Shown piece after piece: positions 23,673 through 35,600 of a stretch of 64,000 bases of DNA; the stretch's first letter is position 1, and each line of letters begins with the position of its first letter. Location: contig CATNEN010000001.1 in the NCBI GenBank assembly GCA_950097015.1, positions 16,244,001 through 16,308,000 on the forward strand, given 5' to 3'. A program made the position numbers and the translations under genes. A model generated the notes under the pieces. That model did not search any database. It was not told where the DNA came from and was given only the letters and a program-made list of their open reading frames with translations. The stretch is from Macrostomum hystrix. Taxonomy: Eukaryota > Animalia > Platyhelminthes.

Positions 23673-26600
23673 CTAGCCAGCCTTGACCAGCATGTAGGTT
23701 GCCCAGTACACCAGATTGAAAGCCAGGAATCCCACAGGATAGGCGAACACGAAGATGCCGTCCAGCTTATCCGGCCTGAACTGCTCGTCATCGTCGTCGG
23801 TGTCATCTTCAAAATTCATTGAGCGCTTCTTCAGTCGACACACGCCTACAACTGGGTGCCGCAGCTGCTCCTGCTGCTGGTTGTCACCGGGAACTGGTGG
23901 CAGTGACGTCGCAACCACCAGACCAGTCGAGTTGTTTTCAATGTTATCGTCTTGTAAGCAGGGCTGAAACTCCTCTGGCTGCTGCTGCTGCTGGTGCTGC
24001 TGCTGATGCTGGCAAGTGTTCATGGAACACCTGTGTCGAAAGCGTTTATTTAGGGATTAGATGAAACTAGTTTCTAACGCAGTAGCATTGAAAAGCGTAC
24101 ATACTAATAATATATAATTAACTTCACCATTTCTGCATGCATCCGAAGGCTGTGTTCAGAAGTTTACTCAAAAGACTTGTGAGCACCACTGGATCAACTG
24201 TAGCAATGCACCCAACTAAAGTACATAAGTTATTTAAAGGAGTCAGGAATCGAACCCCCTGTCCGACACCCTGACAACTTTCAACAAAGCTTTAATTACG
24301 AGTAGCTTTACATAAGTCTTCGCGAGCTGTTACTAAAACAAAACTGCCCTACATTCTGGTCCGGAGATGTTTTTTGACAGTCTGATAATAGCCGGTACAA
24401 ATCAGCAGTTAGCATGAGAACCTTGAGTTTCCCGGCTGCTGCTGTTGGGACCTGTCCGGCCGCAGGAAGTTGCCCTTGAGCATGCTCATCTCCTTGCCCA
24501 TCATTTTGCGCAGGTCGTCGCGCAGTTTTCTCTGCTCCTGCCTCCTGGCGAGCATGTTTACCAGGGCAAACTCCAGCAGAGAGCCAACAACGAAGGCCAG
24601 GCAGGCGAACAGCCAGGCGTCGATGGCTTTGATGTAGGACACTCGGGGCAGCTTCTGTGGTGTTTGAGATTCAGACAAATTGGAATCGCTCAAGATATTC
24701 AAGGTTACTAAGTGTAAGGTATGTAAAAAAAGAAAAACTTTACTGTACATTAGTTAATATTTCGCGCAAGTTTTAAGTAAGATTTAATTTCACACCTTTT
24801 TGCTTAAATGTGTATTCATTAGTTTTATTTTAATAATTTTTTTCGGAGTGAAATTTATTTATTTTTTTGTATTTAAAATAAAGCTCTTGTTTTTTTTCAA
24901 ATAATTTTAGATATTTTATTTTGTACTTTAACCAAGTTAATTTTTTTTAATAGTTATGTCTATAGTTGCCTCTTTGGCTATCAAAAATACACTTCGAATG
25001 TTTATGTACTGAACGCAACGTCTTATATAATTAGAGACCCGTGAAAAAATCAAGAAACCTTCCAATAATAGTTATAACAAATTTACCGATTATAAACCTC
25101 CAGTGATATATCATGGAAAGAAGGCCGCTTAACTCAAGGGAATCCATCACATTGACGAGAATTATGACTTGATTTAGCTTAATCGTAAGATACAGCACAG
25201 AAGGCTACGCTCGTAAAATTTCAGTAAGTAGTTAAAATAATATATATTTTAGTTGCGTTGGGATAAGAAGGTTAAGTATTAAATAAGTTGGGACCAACAA
25301 CAGGTAAAAATTAGTACAACGTTTTCCCACTGAGAGAGGGAGCGGAGATAACACCGGCAAACATCGCTAAGTCACTAACGGTCGGACCGCAGATTTGAGA
25401 TGAAAAACAAAGCCAAACTCCGCTTATAAATTGACTTAAACAAGCCGAAAATGTTTGCCGTGCACCTGCAGCAGCCCCCAGCATGAATCCAGTTTGTAAA
25501 ATAATATTTGCGTAGCAACAGGCTCTTCTAACTACATATTAGCTACTGGGAAAGCACCCGATTGAGCATAGCACAAGAAATTTGACCGGACCTCCTCCCA
25601 CCTGACTGCGTGGGCCCCTGTCGGACTGTTGATAATCGGATTTAGGAAGGATTTCTAATCTTGTGCAGCTGCTAAATCTTCAGTTGTAAATAATGCAGTT
25701 CAGAAATTAGCATTAGGGAAGCACACGGAGATGCTAAGCCTAAGCAGTGCAGAGAATAATTGATGAATCCGTGACTCAAGCCATCACTTCTATCTGGTGC
25801 GATAAGATACTCAATGACTCTAAATTATATAGATTTTAGGTCTGCAAATCTGTGGATCAGTTGAGCATTTCTGCTCCGGATGGGTAATCAGACATTTTAC
25901 GCACCACTGGGTCGATATCGCATTCGAGACATCTTTTTTTAATTTGAAATTCTGCTATTCAAATCCATTTGATTCACAGAATGTGCTTCTGCGACTCGCT
26001 GGGTCTTGAAGTTTCTGAAGGTGTCCCTTTGCTATTGAAGGTGTCCATCAGTTTCTGATGGTGTCCTTCAGTTTCTAAAGGTGTCTCTCAGTTTCTGAAG
26101 GTGTCTCTCAGTTTCTAAAGGTGTCTCTCAGTTTCTGAAGGTGTCCATCAGTTTCTGAAGGTGTCCTTCAGTTTCTGAAGGTGTCCTCAGTTTCTGAAGG
26201 TGTCCTTCAGTTTCTAAAGGTGTCTCTCAGTTTCTAAAGGTGTCTCTCAGTTTCTGAAGCTGTCCATCAGTTTCTGAAGGTGTCTTCAGTTTCTGAAGGT
26301 GTCCTCAGTTTCTGAAGGTGTCCTTCAGTTTCTGAAGGTGTCTGTCAGTTTCTGAAGCTGTCCATCAGTTTCTGAAGGTGTCCTCAGTTTCTGAAGGTGT
26401 CCTCAGTTTCTGAAGGTGTCCTTCAGTTTCTGAAGCTGTCCATCAGTTTCGGAAGGTGTCCTCAGTTTCTGAAGGTGTCCTCAGTTTCTGAAGGTGTCCT
26501 CAGTTTCTGAAGGTGTCCTTCAGATTCTGAAGCTGTCCATCAGTTTCTGAAGCTGTCCATCAGTTTCTGAAGCTGTCCATCAGTTTCTGAAGCTGTCCAT

Positions 26601-29600
26601 CAGTTTCTGAATGTGTCTCAGTTTCTGAAGGTGTCCTCAGTTTCTGAAGGTGTCCTCAGTTTCTGAAGGTGTCCTTCAGTTTCTGAAGCTGTCCATCAGT
26701 TTCGGAAGGTGTCCTCAGTTTCTGAAGGTGTCCTCAGTTTCTGAAGGTGTCCTCAGTTTCTGAAGGTGTCCTTCAGTTTCTGAAGCTGTCCATCAGTTTC
26801 TGAAGCTGTCCATCAGTTTCTGAAGCTGTCCATCAGTTTCTGAAGCTGTCCATCAGTTTCTGAAGTTGTCCATCAGTTTCTGAATGTGTCTCAGTTTCTG
26901 AAGGTGTCCTTCAGTTTCTGTTCTGAACAAACAGTACTTTAGCCGCATTTCCAGATGAAGCAAGTTGATTGTCAAGTTAAATTACCTCAGAAGGAATATT
27001 TAAGCTTCAGCTAACCTGTTTGTATCTGCAGATGCGATTCCATAAAATGACACAACTAATTCATTGCAGCTGCAGGCTTCAAAGATAATAGAGAAATGAC
27101 TAGAGACTAGATCACATGGCTTGGGAACACGCAGCTAATACAATAGTGAGTGCCCAACTAAAATATCAGCAGACAAGACTGCCCACTTGACTAAGTCAAT
27201 TTTCTAAATGCTTAGTGATAAAGATATCTCTAAATCTATAGATCTACTAGGACTAATAGGAATTTTGAATTACTGATTTGAACTTTCTCGTGCAGACACG
27301 GAAAATAAAATCCTCATGATACCCTTCACAGCAAGTCAAACAGGCAGGCTATATCTTGTCTAATAGGTAGACTATGTCATATCTAACAGGCACCTACTGC
27401 CATGTCTAACAGGCACCTATTGCCATGTCTAACAGGCACCCACTGCCATGTCTAACAGGCACCCACTGCCATGTCTAACAGGCACCCACTGCCATGTCTA
27501 ACAGGCACCCACTGTCATATCTAACAGGCACCTACTGCCATGTCTAACAGGCACCCACTGCCATGTCTAACAGGCACCTACTGTCATGTCTAACAGGCAC
27601 CCACTGCCATGTCTAACAGGGCATGTATAACAGGTTCTGTCTAACAGGTCATGTCTAACAGGTCATGTCTAACAGGTCCTGTCTAACAGATCTAACAGGT
27701 CTTGTCTAACAGGTCATGTCTAACACCTGCAGCAGTTTCACCTGCATGGTGGCGGCCGACTGCGTCATTAGCGCCAGGATGGACAGCAAGCCGAGGGTGA
27801 TTCTCGCTGGCACGGCCTTGTAGTCGATCCAGAATGAGATCCACGAGATGGTGACGATGAGAATCGACGGCAGGTAGGTATAGATAAGGTAGAATCCGAA
27901 TTTTCGCACCAATTTGAATTCCACAAACAGGCAGGCGAACTGGCCGGTTGAGTTGTAGGCCTTCTGGCAGCTGCTGGTGTTCACGGCGGGAATTTCAAAC
28001 TCGTTAAGCAGCATCTGCGGGTTCAGAGACACCGCCGGCTGGCTTGTCATCCACGCGAAGTCCAGCTCGCGCACTGAGAAGCCGTAGCTGCCGATTTCCA
28101 GCGGACAGAACTGCGTGTCCATGGGGAAGTTCCACAGCTGCGAATTGATTGGTTGGGCCCAATTTGAGTACACCTGGCCGAGTATGCCGAACATCTAAGC
28201 CTCATAAACCCCAGACCTAAACCTCTGAAATCCCAATCCTAAACCTTCTAAATCCCTGACCTAAACTTCCTATATCCCAAAACCAAAATTTCCTAAATCC
28301 CTGACCTTAATCTCCTAACTCCCATACCTAAACCTTCTAAATCCCTGACTAAACGTCCTAAATCCCTCACCTAAACGTCCTAAATCCGAGACCTAAACCT
28401 CATAAATCCCGGACCTAAACCTCCTAAATCCCGGACCTAAACCTCCGAAATCCCGAACCTAAACCTCCTAAATCCCTGACCTAAATCTCCTAACTCCCAT
28501 ACCTAAACCTTCTAAATCCCTGACTAAACCTCCTAAAACCCGGACCTAAACCTCCTAAATCCCGGACCTAAACCTCCTAAATCCCTGACCTAAACCTCCT
28601 AAATCCCGGACCTAAACCTCCTAAATCCCGGACCTAAACCTCCTAAATCCCTGACTAAACCTCCTAAATCCCGGACCTAAACCTCCTAAATCCCGGACCT
28701 AAACCTCCTAAATCCCTGACCTAAATCTCCTAAATCCCGGACCTAAACCTCCTAAATCCCGGACCTAAACCTCCGAAATCCCGAACCTAAACCTTCTAAA
28801 TCCCAGACTAAACGTCCTAAATCCCTGACCTAAACGTCCTAAATCCGAGACCTAAACCTCATAAATCCCAGACCTAAACCTCATAAATGCCAGACCTAAA
28901 CCTCAAGAACAAGCATCCTTTATTTCGTATCCCATAATCTATAATTGTGCTCCCAATTCGGCCCAAATCGTCATCACCAATTCATACTGATCATTTTGTG
29001 ATAACTCGACATTCGCACTTTAGAAACAAAAAGCGATGAATCAATTCGAACCAATGACCCTATCTGTGATTCGCTCCACAGAACCAAACCAGCGATATAT
29101 TAAATCCCAACTGAGATAGCTAATCCCACAAATCTCGGTTAGTCGAAACTGATTGATGAGTTTCTTCCTGCAGCCGAATGAGCACTGCTTGGGAACACAA
29201 TGTACCAACAGGGAGGGTGGACAGAAAGTGCGAATTCGCGAGATTTTCTGATGCAGCCTCCGTGACAAAAATTGTCGAAAACTCAATTTATCAGTTATAT
29301 ACGCATTCTAAAGACTAGTAGTGCTTCGCTGCCCATTTTTCCTTCCAGCGTTTGAAATTTTCAAAACATTTAGTCTCATGAAAATTTCACATTTCATTGG
29401 CTCCATATTACTTTGTGAATAAGACTCTCTGCTTATCACTCTCTCCTCATCACTCTCTCCTCACCACTCTCTCCTCATCACTCTCTCCTCATCACTCTCT
29501 CCTCATCACTCTCTCCTCATCACTCTCTCCTCATCACTCTCTCCTCGTCACTCTCTCCTCATCACTCTCTCCTCATCACTCTCTCCTCATCACTCTCTGC

Positions 29601-32600
29601 TTATCACTCTCTCCTCATCACTCTCTCCTCATCACTCTCTCCTCATCACTCTCTACTCATCACTCTCTCCTCATCACTCTCTCCTCGTCACTCTATCCTC
29701 ATCACTCTCTCCTCATCACTCTCTCCTCATCACTCTATCCTCATCACTCTCTACTCATCACTCTCTCCACATCACTCTCTCCTCATCACTCTCTCCTCAT
29801 CACTCTCTCCTCATCACTCTCTCCTCATCACTCTCTCCTGGTCACTCTCTCCTCGTCACTCTCTCCTTGTCACTCTCTCTGCCTAATCCTCCATACCCCC
29901 TCCCTAATCCTCCATTCTCCCCTCTCTAATCCTCTATTCTCCCCTCCCTAATCCTCCATTCTCCCCTCCCTAATCCACCATTCTCCCCTCCCTAATCCTC
30001 CATTCTCCACTCGCTAATCCTCCATAACCCCTCCCTAATCCTCCATTCTCCACTCGCTAATCCTCCATTCTCCACTCCCTAATCCTCCATTCTCCCCTCA
30101 CTAATCCACCATTTTCCTTTCCCATTATCCTCGGATAGAAGGCTTGGGGGCTTGTCGTGCAATTTACGCCCTTGAGGGCCAACCTGAGTAAGTGTGTGAT
30201 CAGGGGTCAGCGGAATGGGCAGAATTGCCTCCTCGCTGGCTGCGGGTCTAGTGTCACCAAATGATGCGCCTGCAGCCCCCTTCAAAAATCACCATCATAA
30301 TCGAATTTTGTCAGCCTGACCTGCATGGGGCAAGACAGTTTAACCGTGAGCTTCTGCGAGAATGTGATGGAACCGTCGTGCTGCAGCCAGATCAGGTAGT
30401 TGGGCGTTGTGATCTCGTGCAGGAAGCCGTACTTTGAGTTGCGAAAGAACAAGTCTGGAATCCAGATCTGCTCCTTCAGGTAGCTCAGGCTGATTGTGTG
30501 CTGATAGCCAGTGAACTGCAGGCGCGGGTCCACCCACCGCTGCCGCAGCATCATGTCGATGGTGTAGTCCATGTCGATGACGCTGATGCTGCCGAAGCTC
30601 TGCACGTACATGTTGACCTCCACCACCGTGGGACCGCCTGTTCTGGTGGGCCTGCGGAGGGGGCAGTTGCGGGTCTGACCCAGTGATCACTGCCCAACCC
30701 TCTGTGCCCCTCTAGCCGCCTCTACAACTGCTGTGACTGTGTGCAACCCTTTTGAGTGAGAGCTACAAATGCCTGAGCTGTGGCACCCATTTATAATTAA
30801 TGGCTAGGCTTGAATCCTACCGATAAATCTCTTGCAACCATTATTCGTCTGTTAAAATAATTTCACACCTGACTAGCTCTCTACCTAACTCTACCCCTCC
30901 CTACCCAATTCTACCTCTCACTACTCAATTCTACCTCTTTCTACCCAATTCTACCCCTCTCTACCCAATTCTACCTCTCACTACTCAATTCTACCCCTCT
31001 CTACCCAATTCTACCCCTCTCTACCCAATTCTACCCCTCTCTACCCAATTCTACCCCTCTCTACCCAATTCTACCTCTCACTACCCAATTCTACCCCTCT
31101 CTACCCAATTCTACCCCTCTCTACCCAATTCTACCCCTCTCTACCCAATTCTACCCCTCTCTACCCAATTCTACCCCTCTCTACCCAATTCTACCTCTCA
31201 CTACCCAATTCTACCCCTCTCTACCCAATTCTACCCCTCTCTACCCAATTCTACCCCTCTCTACCCAATTCTACCTCTCACTACCCAGCTCTACCCCAAT
31301 CAACCCAATTCTACCTCTCACTACTCAATTCTACCCCTCTTTACCCAATTCTATCAATCTCTACCTAACTCTACAACTCTCAACCCTACTCTACCCCTCT
31401 CTACCCCATATCCCCACTGTACCACTCTACCCCACTCTACCCCACTGTAACTAACTTTCTACACATTCCCTTCCCTTTTTATACGTAATATTTTACTAAG
31501 CTCAAACAGCTGTATAAACTGAAATATTTTCTGGACCAGGTGAATTCTCTGTAATTGACGGACGCGGAAGACACTGGGCAAATCAAGTGCAAATCTTTCT
31601 ATTCAGTCAGCAATCAGTGAGACCAGGCAGATAATTACACTTCCATACTTTTGAGCTCACAGACAAGACCCACAGCTAACCACGAAAAGTACTCCAGGTC
31701 GTAAATAAAAAATAATTTACATGAGTATGTGTGAAAATTATAACATGTCTCTTCGAAGAACATTTCTGCTGATTCTGGCTTTTGTGAGGCTAAGTGGACT
31801 CGAGGCGCTAGTCTACTCACAATTAATTCATAACTACCTGACTTGCCGATTGTAGCTGAAATGACAAAATCAGAGTTGAGCGACAATGCAGTTCTGCTGT
31901 TTAATCAGCCATGAGTAAGGTGCCATTGTTCTTAAGCACTGGGGTTTGACAATAAACTGCTTCTATCTACTAGAATGCAAATTTGTGAAACTAACAAGAC
32001 AATAGACAGTCAGACAATAGTAAGTACTGCTAGTATTTCATGATGGTCGGAATAGGATTTCAGGGAAGTGGGAAAGACACGCGATTTCATAGAATTAGGA
32101 ATGGAATTTCTAAGAATATTAGGAATAGGATTTCATAGAATATTAGGAATGGGATTTCATAGAATTAGGAATGGGATTTCAAAGAATATTAGGAATTGGA
32201 TTTCATAGAATTAGGAATGGGATTTCATAGAATATTAGGAATGGGATTTCATATAATTAGGGAATGGGATTTCATATAATTAAGGAATGGGATTTCAAAG
32301 AATATTAGGAATGGGATTTCAAAGAATATTAGGAATGGGATTTCATATAATTAGGAATGGGATTTCATAGTGGTGTGATTGGGATTTTTAGAGGTGGGAT
32401 GGGGTTCCATGGAATTACGCTAGCACGAATAAGATGTGATGGAAGTGGCAGTGGGACACGCAGTTTGTCGACAAAATCCCAAATCCCAAATCGCGACATT
32501 ATTCCGTCCTAGGCGAAGGCGGCACACAATAGCTTGAGGTCAATTGTGAGTCCTTAGTCCAGCTCTCATTGGAATATATCCCAAATACACTCAAGCGACG

Positions 32601-35600
32601 CAGCCATATTGACTCAACCAACTCTGCTCAAACAGGTCGTGTATGACAACTCGCACTCCCTGCTCAGAGTTGCCCCGTAGACTTTCCCCACTGTCTGTCT
32701 CACACTTTAGCAGCCGCGGACACAAGGACACGAGTGCTCAGACTATTGTACTGAGCCTAGCCTTCAGAGCGGGGCTGGTTATTGTCAGAGAACCCGAACG
32801 AAGACACAGCTTGCAGAGGCTCGCTTAAACTTTTGCTATCGATCAAAATCCAGCGACAGAAAAAGAGAACTGCGAATGAAAATATAGAAACTCCGCGCCA
32901 GTGGAGCTGCTGCTTGCACTATTCAAATGAAATCTGAGAAGCTCACTCTTCTTCTGCGCTCAAGGTTTGCTCAAGGGATCAACAAACTCAAATCTGACTG
33001 TTCCGCCTGCTCATACGAGCCGTAAACTGCTCATGTTAACTGAGCATTAAAAAGCCACATTGTTATAGAGATGTGACCTGACACATATAGGTTAGCACTT
33101 CTGTATCCTCTGTCTACTCATCTTCTGCGCTGGCAGTACCGTCTCACCCTTCTCCCTCTTTGCCGTCTCCCACTCTCCCATCTCCCACTCTCCCATCTCC
33201 CAATCTCCCATCTCCCACTCTCCCATCTCCCACTCTCCCATATCCCACTCTCCCATCTCCCATCTCCAACTCTCCCATATCCCACTCTCCCATATCCCAA
33301 TCTCCCATCTCCCATCTCCCATCTCCCATCTCCCACTCTCCCATATCCCACTCTCCCATCTACCTCCCTCCATCTCCCTCTCTCCCATCTCCCACTCTCC
33401 CGTCTCTCTCTCTCCGATCTCCCACTCTCCCATCTCCCTCTCTCCCATCTCCCTCTCTCCCATCTCCCTCGCTCCCATCTCTCTCTCCTATCTCCCTCTC
33501 TCCCATCTCCCACTCTCATACTCTCTTCTATCTCTCACTCTCCCATCTCCTCTCTTCCATCTCCCACTCTCCCATCTCCTCTCTCCCATCTCCCACTCTC
33601 CCACCTCCCTCTCTCCCATCTCCCACTCTCCCACCTCCCTCTCTCCCATCTCCCACTCTCCCACTCTCCTATCTCCCTCTCTCCCATCTCCCTCTCTCCC
33701 ATCTCCCACTCTCCCACTCTCCCACTCTCCCACTCTCCTATCTCCCTCTCTCCCATCTCCCACTCTCCCACTCTTCCATCTCCCTCTCTCCCATCTCCCA
33801 CTCTCCCATCTCCCTCTCTCCCATCTCCCACTCTCCCATCTCCCTCTCTCCCATCTCCCACTCTCCCATCTCCCTCTCTCCCATCTCCCATCTCCCTCTC
33901 TCCTATCTCCCTCTCTCCCATCTCCCTCTCTCCCATCTCCCACTCTCCCACTCTCCCACTCTCCTATCTCCTATCTCCCACTCTCCCACTCTCCCATCTC
34001 CCTCTCTCCCATCTCCCTCTCTCCCATCTCCCACTCTCCCATCTCCCACTCTCCCATCTCCTCTCTCCCATCTCCCACTCTCCTATCTCCTCTCTTCCAT
34101 CTCCCACTCTCCCATCTCCTCTCTCCCATCTCCCACTCTCCTATCTCCCTCTCTCCCATCTCCCACTCTCCTATCTCCCTCTCTCCCATCTCCCACTCTC
34201 CCTCTCTCCTATCTCCCTCTCTCCCATCTCCCTCTCTCCTATCTCCCTCTCTCCCATCTCCCACTCTCCTATCTCCCTCTCTCCCATCTCCCACTCTCCT
34301 ATGTCCCTCTCTCTCATCTCCCACTCTCCTATCTCCCTCTCTCCCATCTCCCACTCTCCTATCTCCCTCTCTCCCATCTCCCTCTCTCCCATCTCCCACT
34401 CTCCTACTCTCCTATCTCCCTCTCTCCCATCTCCCTCTCTCCCATCTCACACTCTCCCACTCTCCTATCTCCCTCTCTCCCATCTTCCACTCTCCTATCT
34501 CCCTCTCTCCCATCTCCCACTCTCCCACTCTCCCATCTCCCTCTCTCCCATCTTCCACTCTCCTATCTCCCACTCTCCCATCTCCCTCTCTCCCATCTCC
34601 CACTCTCCCATCTCCCTCTCTCCCATCTCCCACTCTCCCATCTCCCTCTCTCCCATCTCCCTCTTCTATCTCCCTCTCTTCCATCTCCCTCTTCTATTTC
34701 CCTCTCTTCCATCTCTCCCACTCTCATACTCTCTTCTATCTCCCTCTCTCCCATCTCCCTCTCTCCCATCTCACACTCTCCCACTCTCCCATCTCCCTCT
34801 CTCCCATCTTCCACTCTCCTATCTCCCTCTCTCCCATCTCCCACTCTCCCACTCTCCCATCTCCCTCTCTCCCATCTTCCACTCTCCTATCTCCCACTCT
34901 CCCATCTCCCTCTCTCCCATCTCCCACTCTCCCATCTCCCTCTCTCCCATCTCCCACTCTCCCATCTCCCTCTCTCCCATCTCCCTCTTCTATCTCCCTC
35001 TCTTCCATCTCCCTCTTCTATTTCCCTCTCTTCCATCTCTCCCACTCTCATACTCTCTTCTATCTCCCACTCTCCCATCTCCCACTCTGCTATCTCCGTC
35101 TCTCCCTATCTCTGAGCGTGAGAGTGACATACTGTGTAATAGTGAGAGACAGACTCAGGGAGTGAGAGGCGCAGTGAGAAAGTCAGAAATTAATAAAACA
35201 GACGATATTTTCCGGCAAGAGCAAATAAAATGTTAAATTACAGAATTCAAATCCTGTAGCCTGCAATTTCTTCGAGAAATGTAAACCCCTCAGAAGAAGG
35301 GTTGAAAATCGATCAGCCAAATTGGCTCTCGTGTTACTGCAGTCGGGCATGACACAGGAACCCATAAGAATTCTAAGAACCCACAGCCTACAGACTGCAG
35401 TCTCATTTCACTCTTGTCCAATCCAAATTAGGAGAATTTTGAATTTTGAGCACACAAGTGAAGGACATTTTCAAGCAAAGTTTTTTAACACTGACAAGTG
35501 AAGGCGTTACTGTGAAGGCCCGATTCAAATTGGCGCCATTGTCAACTGAATGATAACAAAAGACTAGATATTTCAAACTGGCGCCATTGTCAACTGAATG

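Noticed and set aside
33092-35236. Long ORFs (651 aa, 311 aa and others)
   Set aside because: Translations of low-complexity satellite inside the channel gene intron. The same applies to ORFs at 10.4, 29.4, 39.6-40.3, 54.7-55.3, 57.0 and 62.4 kb.
35183-35365. THAP-like start MGSCVMPDCSN
   Set aside because: The remaining THAP residues (conserved Pro, Trp, CxxH) are not present and the ORF is only 60 aa.
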